Part shown: positions 39,400-53,081 of the stretch, piece by piece
Layout of the letters: each line of letters starts with the position of its first letter
Position numbering within the stretch: position 1 is the first letter of the stretch
Source of the DNA: Octopus vulgaris
Lineage: Eukaryota
DNA length: 64,000 bases
Assembly (NCBI GenBank): GCA_951406725.2
Contig: OX597821.1
Location: forward strand, 7,254,001-7,318,000
Reading direction: 5' to 3'
The notes under the pieces: generated by a model
Told to the model about the DNA's origin: nothing
Database searches by the model: none
The model's input: only the letters and a program-made list of their open reading frames with translations
Translations under genes and position numbers: made by a program

Positions 39400-39730
39400 T
39401 CATCATCACCATCATTTAACGTCCACTTTCCATGCTGGCATGGATTAAATGATTTGATTGTAACTGGGGAGCCACAGGGTTGTATCAGGTTCCAGCCTGG
39501 TTTCTAGGGCTGGACGCCCTTCCTAACACCAACCACTCCAAGAGTGTAATGGGTGCTTTTCATGTCCCATTTACATGACACCGACAACAGCTACGAGTAT
39601 GGTTTCTCTTGGCTTGATGAGTCTTCTTCAGGACAGCATATCGCCAAAGGTCTCTGTCACGTCATTGTGTCCATGAGGCCCAACATTTGAAGATCGTGCT
39701 TCACCACCTCATCCCATACTTCCATGTGGC

Positions 39731-39766
<36 letters not shown>

Positions 39767-40160
39767 TCATCATCCGACTGGCCTCCGTGCCGGTGGCACG
39801 TAAAAAGCACCATCCGTTCGTGGCCGTTGCCAGCCTCGCCTGGCCCCCGTGCCGGTGGCATGTAAAAAGCACCATCCGATCGTGGCCGTTGCCACCTACG
39901 CCTGGCCCCCGTGCCAGTGGCACGTAAAAAGCACCATCCGTCCGTGGCCGTCTGACAGCTCTGTCTGGCACCTGTGCGGGTGGCACGTAAAAATCACCCA
40001 CTACACTCTCAGAGTGGTTGGCGTTAGGAAGGGCATCCAGCCGTAGAAACACTGCCAGATCAGACTGGGCCTGATGCAGCCTTCTGGCTTCCCAGACCCC
40101 AGTTGAACCGTCCAATCCATGCTAGCATGGAAAGCGGACGCTAAATGATGATGATGATGA
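39400..40160. mobile_element. Two RTE 3' ends back to back (39400-39725 minus with ORF2 C-terminus; 39765-40160 plus, young UTR)
   Basis: Minus translation WDEVVKHDLQMLGLMDTMT..RDLWRYAVLKKTHQA is contiguous with the family C UTR. Confidence 0.8.
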
Positions 40161-41201
40161 TATATATATATATAAACATAATTATGGGATTAGCAAAAAG
40201 TTGCTCCAAACTTTCAAATTTATAATCTTGAAATATCATGCTGATGAAGGAAATGAATTTTACTATTCTAATCCCAAAACGCATACATGCTAAGCTCTTA
40301 ATTATATTTATAATTATAAAAAAACTTTTCTGCATAAGTTTTTACCAATAATGTTTTTTTTTCCATACTGAAGCTACTTGGTAAAATTTATTAATTATTA
40401 AATTAATAATTCTTTACCCTATATCTATAATGATATATATATATATATATCATTATCATTCAACATCTGCTTTCTATGCTGGCATGGGTCAGACGATGTA
40501 ACAGGGAACCAGTGAGCTGCAGGACTGTGTGAAGCTCCAGTATCATCTTTGGCATGGTTTCTGTGACTAGATGCTTTTACTAGTTGCCAACCACTTTACA
40601 GTGTATACAGGGTGCTTTTTTTTATGCCACCAGCATTTGTGAGTTTGCCATGAAACCTGCAAGACAGAAAAGAACAGAGAAAAAAGGAAAAGGAAAAAGC
40701 TCTCACTATTAGGAGGGAGAATTTGGGAGGGGAAGGTAGAGGTGGGTTGGGGGTGGAGCTGAATGCCTCATATGCTGCATATCCCACTGGAATGGTTCAG
40801 GTCTTTCAGGTCATATGTCTTTTGTACTCTAGTGTATTTGAATGGAATTCTGATTTGAGAGGGTAAAAGGTTATTAGGTGGTTATATTCCATGGCCTAGT
40901 GGTTAGTGTTGCACTCAAGATTGCAAGATTGCAGTTTCAATTCCTAGACTGGTCGTGCATTGTGTTCTTGAGTAAAAACACTTCATTTCACATTGCTCCA
41001 ATTGTAAATGGGTAATCCTGAAGAGGAGTGTTGGCCTGCCTGCTTGCCTTCCCAGCCAGTGGGGTGGCATCAGTCAAAAGCTGTAACCATGCAAACAAGT
41101 GCATTGTGCTCAGCAGTGTTTGACATCAGATAATCTGGCCTGTACAGTGATGAAGCTATATTCTGAAACAAGCTTCACACAATGTATGTATTTGGTAAAT
41201 A

Positions 41202-41766
41202 TTGGGTTGTCCGGAAAGTTTGTGCCGATTTATAGTAGCTTACCTTTCGACCTATTTTAGAACATGTTTGAGTCCATAAAATAGGATTTGACTACACCTC
41301 CATTTAAAGCACAGTTAAAGCTGTCTTTTCATGGAAGAAGGTTTGTTTCTATAACCTGTGTTAATTCTGTAACCTTTTAAAATGGAAGATAAGAAAGTTC
41401 ATTTTCGGCACTTGATGCTTTGGGAACCAGACAAAAATTGCTGCAGCTCGGCTGGGATGTGTTACCCCACCCTCCATATTCATCAGATATTGCTCCTTCG
41501 GATTTCCATTTATTCAGGTCTCTGCAGAATAGTCTTAATGGTAAAAATTTCAATTCTTTGGATGACGTGAAAAGATACCTTGATGAATTCTTTGTCATGA
41601 AATCACCTCAATTCTAGGAAAAGGTGTATTTTCAAGTTAAAGGAAAGATGGAGACACATTGTGCAAAAAAATGGTTCGTATTTGGTTGATTAAAAATGTA
41701 ATGGCAAGTATTTATTAACCTTTTTCTTTCCTTTAAAAATCTGCACGAACTTTCCGGACAACCCAA
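41202..41766 (+). mobile_element. Internally deleted mariner transposon (mellifera-subfamily-like)
   Basis: TIRs ttgggttgtccggaaagtt.. and ..aactttccggacaacccaa, TA flanks; N-terminus MEDKKVHFRHLML joined to C-terminal TRQKLLQLGWDVLPHPPYSSDIAPSDFHLFRSLQNSL (YSPDLAP-type motif). Confidence 0.93.
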
Positions 41767-42659
41767 TATAAAGATACAAAGCAGTAAAAGCATTCTTGAA
41801 TGAAAGTAGTGGTGGGCAAATAAAATATGATCCCTGTCTGAAATATTAGACATGACTTCTGTCCTTGTGAGAGACAACTTTATGGATTTTATGAACAGTT
41901 AATGGATTATAAAAACTCTGCTTGAAATATTCGGCCACACCTGGTTCATAAACTAACTTTATTTGTGAATATTATTGACTGTTTCCTTCGCCACACTTGT
42001 TGCAAAGGATAAGACCCTAGCCAGAAATATTTGAACATATCTCTTCCTCCCCCTCTCTCCCTCTTCCTCCTTCCTCTCTCTCTCTCTCTCTCTCCTTATG
42101 ACACACAGTCTTATTTATTAATTTTATTAGCAATGTAGTTGCAGGCATGGCTGTGTGGTTAAGAAGCTTTCTTCCCAACTATCTGGCCTTGGGTTCAGTC
42201 CCACTACACAGTACCTTCAGCTAGTGTCTTCTACTGTAATCCCCAGTCAACCAAAGCCTTGTGAGCGGATTTTTGTAGACAAAGTGAAAGAAGCCTGTTG
42301 TTGTTGTGTGTGTGTGTGTGTGTGTGCACATTAATAATAAGGAGAATGAAGATTTGCACATAGATAATTTTATAGTTATATACAGCATTTTGATCAATGT
42401 AATATGCTGTATATAACTGTAAAATAAATTATAGATGTGCAAATCTCCAGTTTCCTTACTATTAATGTTTGTTTTATATTCTACAGAACCTTTGCAGTCC
42501 TCAGTAGGACACATAGAATTGCCAGACTAGAAACTTTACTAACGTCTAACAACTTATTGTAGGCACAGGCATTGAATACAGACCCTTGTGTAAGCCATCA
42601 TCTGGAGCCAAACTGAGAGCAAACATATCTGCCTGGATAATATATCCCTGCAAACTCAC

Positions 42660-42965
42660 TTTCATCATCATCATCATCGTTTAATGTCTGTTTTCCATGC
42701 TGGCATGGGTTGGACAGCTTGACTGAGGACTGGCAAGCCAGTGGCTGCATCAGGCTCCAATCTGATCTGGCAATGTTTCTACAGCTGGATGCCCTTCCTA
42801 ACACCAACCACTCCAAGAGTATAGTGGGGCTTTTTACGTGCCACCGGCACAGGACCCAATCAGGCAGGCCTGGCATTGACCACGTTTGGATGGTGCTTTT
42901 TACGTGCCACCGGCATGGGAGCCAGTCAGGGGTCACTGGCATTGGCCATGTTCAGATGGTGCTTT
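42660..42965 (-). mobile_element. RTE 3' UTR (family C)
   Basis: (CAT)n followed by the reverse complement of the family C end. Confidence 0.8.
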
Positions 42966-45359
42966 ATATATATAACAAACTGTGTGTGATGATAGACCTC
43001 AGTATTGTTGGGAATGGAAGGCTATATTTATTAAATGGTACAGGTTTGGAGACTTACGTTCAGTCCTTGAAGTTTCTCTCTGTGAACACTATCATTCAAT
43101 ATTTAATTTTATATATGTGTATGTATGTGTATATACCCTTGTGTAGGCCCCTTGTGATGGTTATAAATGAGCTTTATTGTTGTGCCTGCAAGGTTTGTTC
43201 CCAGTTTTCCATGATAAAATTTGTGTAGCTTTGGGAAAATTTACCTTGCTTGGAAACAGGTGGGCATTGCTGAAAGGAAGGACATCTTGCCATAGAAAAT
43301 CTGCCTCAACAAATTCCAATGGCCCATGCAAGAATGGAAAAGTGGGCATTAAATGATGATGATGTATCTTGCTGCACTTCTTATTTCTTTAAAGGAGACC
43401 CAACTATGAATATCAGAACTTACCTTCATCTGCATGGCACATAAAATAATATTAACTGTTGTTGATGATGATGATGCAGACTATTTTGTTTCCTTGGCCT
43501 CTAGTTGTTTCCTTTTTTTTTTTAAACTTTAAAAGCAGGTAGGTTTGGTGAAGTGAGGGTTACATGCATCATTCTTTTTACTTAAGTCCCGTTCTATCGA
43601 TTCTGGCGAAATTAAATACAATAATAGATTTTCTCACCACCACCCACCATTACCACCACTTTCTTCTGTAAATGTAATAATACATATATACTTACATACA
43701 TATATATATATATATATATATGTATATATCAATTTTCCATCATTTTATACCTTCAGTGATATCTCTTTATAATAAAATCAATGTGTTTTTTGTTTATCTT
43801 ACTTCGTAATGCATTATCCACACCCAACGATGTGACACCATCACCATCGCCCACACCATCACCACCACTTCCACCACCACCACCACCACCAACCAACAAT
43901 ATTGTCATCACCACCACCACCACCCATTGAAGGGAGTGTTCTCCACTATTGATGATTTTATGGTCTGTTCATAAACAACAACTGATGTTGAGTTTTGAGT
44001 AGATGTTTCTTTCTCTCTTTCTCTCTCACCTGGTAATTCTTCTCACCTGATAATTCTTCTCTTATCAACTTTTCCTCTATTTTCTTTCACTCTTGATTTC
44101 ATTTGTAACATATTTGTTTCCCAACTGACACAGTGTTCTGAAGCCATCCTAACAGCGGCACCATTAATTGAATAATCTTAATTGTTGTCATAATATTGCT
44201 CTTCTGTGAGATTGTATTTCATGGGTTTCTTGTGCATAGAATATAATTGACTCGAATTCATTCGTTCGTTTGCTTTTGTCCCAATTTTTGGACGTTTTTC
44301 TTTTTACATGCTAGCGTATGTTAGATAAACATATTATTGAACTATAGTGTTTAACAGCCAATTGCTCTTCCTGTTGTTAACCCTTACCTGCAAAGTAAGG
44401 GTTCTCTTATTCTTCTCGTCTACAAAAGTGTAGAGCTAGCAGATGATCTGCTGAGGCAATGTCAAATTGTTACAGCTTGCGTAGCCCAGCAATTCTCAGA
44501 GAAGTGCAAATGTAAACAATTACACACACACACACCCACACTATTTAACATCCATTTTCCAAACTGGCATGGGTCAGGTAGTTTTAGAGGATCCATTGGG
44601 CCACAGAGCTGCATCAGGCCTCAATGACAGTGTTGGCTTGGTTTCTATGGCTGGATGCCCTTGCTAATATTAACCACTTTATTGTTGGTATTTGGTGGAT
44701 TATTTTCATGGCATTGGCACTAATGAAGGTACCAAGTAATTTGCAAGACAGTTAGAAAAAAAAAATGAGGAGAAAGCTTTGTACACTTCGCTTCACCCAA
44801 ATCTCCCCACAAGGTTTTGGTCGGCTCTCAGGATTACAGTAAACAGTTGCCAAAAATATTTCCCAACTGAATCTGAAACTCTGTGGTTGCAAAACTGACC
44901 TCTGCACCACACATCCTCATCTATTAGATTGTATTCAATGGTTTCTGTGTATAGAATATAATCAACTGGATTAGGTTCTGCATAGCTGAATGAGTCCACT
45001 TTGTTACCATGCGGTCCTGTGTTCAATCCTACCGTGTGATATTCTAAATGAATCCCATCTTCTATATAGCCTTGGATTGATCCATACCTTGCAAGTGGAA
45101 TTGGATAGATGGAAACTGTATGGAAGCTTGTTGGTTGGATTGTACCCATAACAAGCTTCTCACAAGGTTTTGGTCAGTCAGGCTATAGCAGAAGACATTT
45201 CCAAAAGGTGCCACATAGTGGGACTGAATCAAAAACTGAGTGGAAGCAAATTTTTTAGCACACAGCCATGCCTATACCTCTGTCTCTGTCTGTCTGTCTG
45301 TCTCTCTCTCTCTCACTCTCACTATATAAATATATATATATATATACAGATATTGATGT

Positions 45360-45777
45360 TTATTTTTTTTCTTGTTTCAGTCATTTGACTGTGGCCATGC
45401 TGGAGCACCGCCTTTAGTTGAGCAAATCAACCCCAGAACTTATTCTTTGGAAGCCTAGTACTTATTCTATCGGTCTCTTTTGCTGAACCGCTAAGTTACG
45501 GGAATGTAAACACACCACCATTGGTTGTCAAGCGATGTTGGGGGGACAAACAGACACAAACATATAAAAACATTTACATATACTCTTTTTACTCTCTTTT
45601 ACTCTTTTACTTGTTTCAGTCGTTTGACTGCGGCCATGCTGGAGCACCGCCTTTAGTCGAGCAAATCGACCCCGGGACTTATTCTTTGTAAGCTCAGTAC
45701 TTATTCTATCGGTCTCTTTTGCCGAACCGCTAAGTGACGGGGACGTAAACACACCAGCATCGGTTGTCAAGCAATGC

Positions 45778-45808
<31 letters not shown>

Positions 45809-45968
45809 GACAGGCTTCTTTCAGTTTCCGTCTACCAAATCCACTCGCAAAGCTTTGGTCGGCCCGAGGCTATAGTAGAAGACACTTGCCCAAGGTGCCA
45901 CGCAGTGGGAATGAACCCAGAACCATGTGGTTGGTAAGCAAGCTACTTACCACACAGCCACTCATGCG
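45360..45968 (-). mobile_element. Two tandem family A SINEs (45360-45560 partial; 45582-45968 near full)
   Basis: Match to the family A consensus. Confidence 0.85.
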
Positions 45969-47779
45969 CATATTTATATATATAATATATTTTATTTGCT
46001 TGTAGATGAGATGTTTCGGGTTTTTTTAATTGAAGAATTGAAGTTATTTCAATCTAAAAGTTTTCTTGAACTTGGCACAAACTATTTTACTTGTTATGGG
46101 AAGTTAGTAAGTTAAATTTGATACCTAACCATATCATCCATCTCTCTCACCCTCTACGCACCCCTCTCTCCCTCGTTCTATTTAATAGTGTATTGTTTTA
46201 GTATGAAGAAATATGTCACACATACGACCTTGGCTACTATCAACACTGTATTGAAACAGAGCAGTTTTAACATTTAATAATCTCAGAAGGTTTGAAATTT
46301 GACCTATATTTTCCAGTGTTATACTGTTGTAGTTAAACGCACATTTTTGCCATTGTCTCTGTTTCATGAAAAACTGGTGAATACCAGAATTGGTAAAACG
46401 GCTGGTTAATGCAAAATAATGATACCTTGTGGTATTTAGTTACATCCCTCTGCATTTCCAGTTTGAAATTTTACCATTGCCGATTTGGCCTTTCCTATTG
46501 AGCCTTCATCCTCATCATTTTCACATATAGTTTTTCATGCTTGTGCGGATTGGATGGGTCTTTTTCAACACCAATGTCTTGCCATCCGTTACATTCCTTT
46601 GTCTTTTCCTTTCGTCCTTTCCTTTCCATGTTTTCTTTGGTTTTCCTCTTCCAGTTTCCTTTCACTTTGACACTTTGATCTGGTAATTCTTTACCTAGTT
46701 CTTCCTGTTACTTGAAGATATGACATGACACATTTTCATCACTGTCCCCTTTCTTTTCAAACTGGTGTAATCCAGTTTCCTCCCTACTACCTCTTCCTGT
46801 CCCTCTACCATAGTTTAACACCTCATTACCTGACATAAAGTCACGTTCCTCAATACCACTCCCCAGTCCTAGTTGAGGTGTCTTGTCTTGTGAGTTACTT
46901 GGCAACCTCAGTAGTGCTGGTGCCACATAAAAAGCAACCTGTGCACTGATTAAAATGGTTGGTGTTAGGAAGGGCATCCACCTCTAGAAACCATGCCAAA
47001 GCAGACAGCAGCGCTTGGTGTCAGTCTTCTGACTTGCCAGTTCCTGTTGAACCGTCCAACCCATGCCAGCATGGAAAAACGGACATTGAACTTTAACTTT
47101 CAGATTTCTCTGTTGAACATAGTGTTTATTTATCCACATTGATTTGAATTAGTCATGCCTTACCTTGTAGTTTTGAGATTTCAATGATGTGATGAACAAG
47201 TAATATTTGTAGCCATTTTAATATGGCTGTCTGTTCGAGCGGACTCTACTGTGATTTTTTAACCCCAAGAGGACATCTCCTCTAGCTGGTTAACGATGCA
47301 CAGCTGCAGGGGAGCAAACCCCCACCATCTCTTAGCAATAGGACTAGTAGACCAGTCCTCATTTCAGGCTATTTCTGCCATTCTGCCACTCCTCTGAGAT
47401 TGTTATTTTTAGACTAATATAGCTGGGTAAGTGTAAGAGGCCAGAGCTGGCCAGTTTGATCATAGAACAGGTAGATTATTTTGGCCAGATGTGGCCGGTT
47501 GAAATGCTAAAGGCTTAAATGACGATGACTGTTGTCACATGTTGATATTGATACAGTTTTCATTCTTGTACACTGCAGCTGATTTCTCTTATATCCAGTT
47601 ATCCTTCAGTTCAGTCTGTACCAGGTCATTCGTGCATACTAACACTACATCTCCAACAGAAAATGCTCGTTTCATTTCTGTCCAGTCTTTGCACATCCTC
47701 TGCATTCAGTGGCCATGTCCATGACCATCAACATCACCACTTGAAGTTCACTTTTCCATGTCTTCATGGGTCCAGAAAT

Positions 47780-48090
47780 CACCATCATCATTTAGCGTCC
47801 GCTTTCCATGCTAGCATGGGTTGGACGGTTCAACTGGGGTCTGGGAAGCCAGAAGGCTGCATCAGGCCCAGTCTGATCTGGCAGTGTTTCTACGGCTGGA
47901 TGCCCTTCCTAATGCCAACCACTCCGTGAGTGTAGTGGGTGCTTTTTACGTGCCACCCGCACAGGTGCCAGACGGAGCTGGCAAACGGCCACGGACGGAT
48001 GGTGCTCTTTACGTGCCACCGGCACGGGGGCCAGGCGAGGCTGGCAACGGCCACGATCGGATGGTGCTTTTTATGTACCACCGGCACCAT
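47780..48090 (-). mobile_element. Young RTE 3' UTR (family C)
   Basis: Near-identical reverse complement of 39860-40155. Confidence 0.85.
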
Positions 48091-48109
48091 CAATATCATT
48101 ATTATTGAT

Positions 48110-48493
48110 AAGGCGATGAGCTGACAGGATTGTTAGCACACCAGACAAAATTCTTAATGGCATTTCTTCTGGCTTTACGTTCAAATTTCAAATGTTGCCA
48201 ATGGTTGACTTTACCTAGCTCCGGGGGTTGATGTAATCAACTAGCCTACTTGCCCCCAAATTTCAGACCTGCTGCCTATAGTAGATAGGATTATTATTAT
48301 TATTAGATGGTTAATGACATTTTGTCAGTCTTTACATTCTGAGTTCAAATTCTGCTGAGGTTGACTTTGCCTTTCATCTTTTCGGGGTCGATAAAATAAA
48401 TACCAGTTGAACACTGGGGTTGATGTAATTAACCTACTCACTCCCTCGAAATTACTGGCCTTGTACCAAAAAGTGAAACCATTATTATCATTA

Positions 48494-48530
<37 letters not shown>

Positions 48531-49345
48531 GGCGGTGAGCTGGCAGAACAGTTAGCATGCTGGGCAAAATGCTTAGTGGTATTTCGTCTGTCTTCATGTT
48601 CTGAGTTCAAATTCTGCCAAGGATGAACTTTGCCTTTCTTTTTTTTTGGGTGGGGGTGTCAATAAAATAACTACCAGTTGAGTACTGGAGTCGATATAAT
48701 GGACTACCCCCACCCAGCCAAATTTCAGGCCTTGTGCCTATAGTAGAAAGGATTATTATTATTGAGCGAGAGAGCAGTGCATGCCATCAAAGTGACACTG
48801 GGGTAAAATATACGAAGTCCAGTATACCCATCATGACCACCCGTCTGATAAGAGTACACCAGGCACATGCATCACAACCATATGTGCGCGACATGGTGAT
48901 CTCATATCAAGATAAACAGCACATGACCTTGCAGGTGGGGCCCTTATTATTATTATTATTATTGTTATTATTATTATTATTACCTCTGCCTTAGTGAAGG
49001 CAGAGGTATCATTTTCAGTCATGTTTGTTTGTTTGCCCATGGACAAGATATCTCAAGAACCACTGGATGGATTCAGGTGAAACTTTCAGAAATGTTTGGC
49101 CTTGTGACTGGCATGAACTGATTTTGGGATCAGTCTGATGCCAGACAAGGATTCTAGATTATTTTTCCTGTTTTTTTTTACTTAATTTTTGAGAGCAGTC
49201 AGGTTCATTTTTAGTATTCTCGTTTGTAAGAACAGTTGAGTTTATTTTAAATATTCTCATTTCAAAAATCATCACCAGCTAATTGTTGAGAGGACATTGG
49301 TGTTGCCTTGGAGGAGATTTGTGCTCTCTGATTGCTCTTGTTATT
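48110..49345. mobile_element. Chain of three family B SINEs (plus), truncated family E (48764-48943, minus) and full HINE (48980-49342, plus), linked by (TTA)n tracts
   Basis: Each segment matches its family; the HINE starts ttacctctgccttagtgaaggcagaggta and ends ggaggagatttgtgctctctgattgctcttgtt. Confidence 0.75.
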
Positions 49346-49729
49346 AACACAGTGAGCTGGCAGAAGTGCTTGTACTTTGGACAAAATGCTTAGTAACATT
49401 TTGTCCATTCTTAGTCCTTACTTTTTGGATTCAATTCTGCTTAGGTTGACTTTACCCTTATTTCATCTTATGATCAATAGAAATAAGTACCAGTCAAGCA
49501 CCTTGATGGTGGACCAATATAATCGACTTGCCCCCCCTCCTAAAATTTCAGGCCTTGTGTTTATAATAGAAGTGATTATTGTTGTTGTTTAAATGCACTC
49601 ATTTACATAAATGAATGAGTTAAAATGTCCTGTTAAAGCTTGAACAGAATTGCTTAGGAATTTAGTCTGTCCAGATTCCATGAAAGCCATCACTGACATT
49701 TCCCTCCATGGAACATGTTTTTGCTTTTG

Positions 49730-50145
49730 ATTCTTTACTCTTTTACTCGTTTCAGTCAGTTGACTGCAGCCATGCTGGAGCAACGCCTTTAGTCGAGCAA
49801 ATCGACCCCGGGACTTATTCTTTGTAAGCCGAGTACTTATTCTATCGGTCTCTTTTTTGCCGAACTGCTAAGTGACGGGGACATAAACACATCAGCATCG
49901 GTTGTCAAGCAATGCTAGGGGGACAAACAGACACACAAACATACACGCACACACACACATATATATATATACACATATATACGACAGGCTTCTTTCAGTT
50001 TCCATCTACCAAATCCACTCACAAGGCTTTGGTCGGCCCGAGGCTATAGTAGAAGACACTTGCCTAAGGTGCCACGCAGTGGGACTGAACCCGGAACCAT
50101 GTGGTTGGTTAGCAAGCTACTTACCACACAGCCACTCCTGCGCCT
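49730..50145 (-). mobile_element. Full-length family A SINE
   Basis: Match to the family A consensus. Confidence 0.88.
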
Positions 50146-50776
50146 TTGTTTCTTTTTTTTTTTATTATTTATAATTTGTAGAAATAGAACAAAGGTTTTT
50201 GGATTACCTTTGTTTCTCCTCATTTCTTTTTTATTCTCTCGCTAAGAATAAACATTCCTTGTTGAAAGAAATTTATTTAATTTGTAAAGAGGATAACGAG
50301 ATTTTATGGAAACCTGAGATTGACGGATATCTGAAATGAGATCTGAAGTCTAAACTTATTAACTGATCTGATTGGTTTTATTGAACTATTACACACACAC
50401 ACACACACATGCACATAGTTAGCATTACAGGGTAGGGTTTTCTGTATTATCACTGCTTTTATGTTCTGTTTTCCCATTCTGACACCCAGTAGAATACCAC
50501 CCATTCGGTGGTATTCTACTGCCAGATGCCCTTTCTATTGCCAATCCTTATTTCTCATATAAAGGCGTTTTGCTTTCCCCTTCCCTGATATGGTTGTCAC
50601 TCCTAGAAACCAACAACTACCACCAAGCTAAGAAATGTAGTGTTTACCCGAGATGTTAACAGTACGTCCCTATTACTTGGCCACCAGCCACTGAGTGACA
50701 CAACATCTATGTGTGTATATATGTATATATATATGTATATATATATATATATATGTGTGTGTATATATATATATAA

Positions 50777-50990
50777 TTCTTTATTGCCCACAAGGGGACA
50801 AACACGGACAGACAAAGGGATTAAGTCGATTAGATCGACCCCAGTGCCTAACTGGTACTTAATTTATTGACCCTCGAAAGGATGAAAGGCTAAGTCGACC
50901 TCGGCGGAATTTTAACTCACAACGTAACGACAGACGAAATACGGCTTCGCATTTCGCCCGGCGTGCTAACGTTTCTGCCAGTTCACTGCC
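50777..50990 (-). mobile_element. Family B SINE
   Basis: Match to the family B consensus, CpG-rich and young. Confidence 0.8.
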
Positions 50991-51027
50991 AGTTGTATAT
51001 ATGTGTATATATATATATATATATATG

Positions 51028-51506
51028 TCTGCCAGCCTCGACTGGCACCTGTGTCGGTGGCACATAAAAAAACACCATCCGAGCGTGGCCGTCTGCCAGC
51101 CTCGTCTGGCACATAAAAAAACACCATCCGAGCGTGGCCGTCTGCCAGCCTCGTCTGGCACATAAAAAAACACCATCCGAGCGTGGCCGTCTGCCAGCCT
51201 CGTCTGGCACATAAAAAAACACCATCCGAGCGTGGCCGTCTGCCAGCCTCGTCTGGCACCTGTGTCGATGGCACATAAAAAAACACCATCCGAGCGTGGC
51301 CGTCTGCCAGCCTCGTCTGGCACCTGTGTCGGTGGCACATAAAATCACCCACTACACTCTCGGAGTGGTTGGCGTTAGGAAGGGCATCCAGCTGTAGAAA
51401 CACTGCCAGATCTGACTGGCCTGGTGCAGCCTTCGGGCTCCCCAGACCCCAGTTGAACCGTCCAACCCATGCTAGCATGGAAAGCGGACGTTAAACGATG
51501 ATGATG
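51028..51506 (+). mobile_element. RTE 3' UTR with internal 49/64-bp tandem array
   Basis: cacataaaaaaacaccatccgagcgtggccgtctgccagcctcgtctgg starts at 51061, 51110, 51159, 51208 and 51272; (GAT)n tail. Confidence 0.88.
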
Positions 51507-52551
51507 GTGTGTGTGTATATATATATATATGTGTGTGTATATATATATATATGTGTGTGTATATATATATATATGTGTGTGTATATATATATGTGTGTGT
51601 GTGTGTGTGTATATATGTGTATATATATGTGTATGTGTATATATATATGTGTGTATATATGTGTATGTGTGTATATATATGTGTATATATATATGTGTAT
51701 GTGTATATATATGTGTATATGTGTATGTGTGTATATATATGTGTATGTGTATATATATATATGTGTATATATATGTGTATATATATATATGTGTATATAT
51801 ATGTGTATATATATATATATGTGTATATATATATATATGTGTGTATGTATATATATATATGTGTATATATATATATGTGTATATATATGTGTATATATAT
51901 ATATGTGTGTATGTATATATATATATGTGTATGTATATATATGTGTATGTATATATATATATGTGTATGTATATATATGTGTATGTATATATATGTGTAT
52001 GTATATATATGTGTATGTATATATATGTGTATGTATATATGTGTATGTATATATATGTGTATGTATATATATGTGTATGTATATATATGTGTATGTATAT
52101 ATGTGTATGTATATATGTGTATGTATATATGTGTATGTATATATATGTGTATGTATATATATGTGTATGTATATATATGTGTATGTATATATATGTGTAT
52201 ATATATATGTGTTTATATATATGTTTATATATATATGTGTTTATATATATGTTTGTATATATATGTTTGTATATATATGTGTATATATATGTGTATATAT
52301 ATATGTGTATATATATATGTGTATATATATGTGTGTATATATATGTGTGTATATATATGTGTATATATATATGTGTATATATATATGTGTATATATATGT
52401 GTATGTATATATATATATGTGTATGTATATATATGTGTATATATATATGTGTATATATATGTGTATGTATATATGTGTGTGTATATATATATATGTGTAT
52501 ATATATATATACACATATATGTGTGTATATATATATACACATATATATATA

Positions 52552-52586
<35 letters not shown>

Positions 52587-53081
52587 GTGTATATATATAT
52601 ATATATATGTACATATATATATATATGTATATACACATATATATATATATTGTATATATATATATATACACATATATATGTGTGTATGTATATATATGTG
52701 TGTATGTATATATATGTGTGTATGTATATATGTGTATGTATATATATATGTGTATGTATATATATATGTGTATGTATATACATATGTGTATGTATATATA
52801 TATGTGTATGTATATACGTGTATATATATATATATATGTGTGTGTGTATATATATATATATGTGTGTGTGTATATATGTGTGTGTATATATATGTGTGTG
52901 TATATATGTATATATATGTGTGTGTATATATGTATATATATGTGTGTATATATGTATATATATATATATATGTGTGTGTATATATGTATATATATATATG
53001 TGTGTATATATGTATATATATATATGTGTGTATATATGTGTATGTATATATATGTGTATATATATATATGTATATATATGT
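51507..53081. repeat. ~1.57-kb compound (TA)n/(TG)n microsatellite
   Basis: Almost continuous purine-pyrimidine alternation; explains the 400-550 aa ORFs. Confidence 0.97.
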
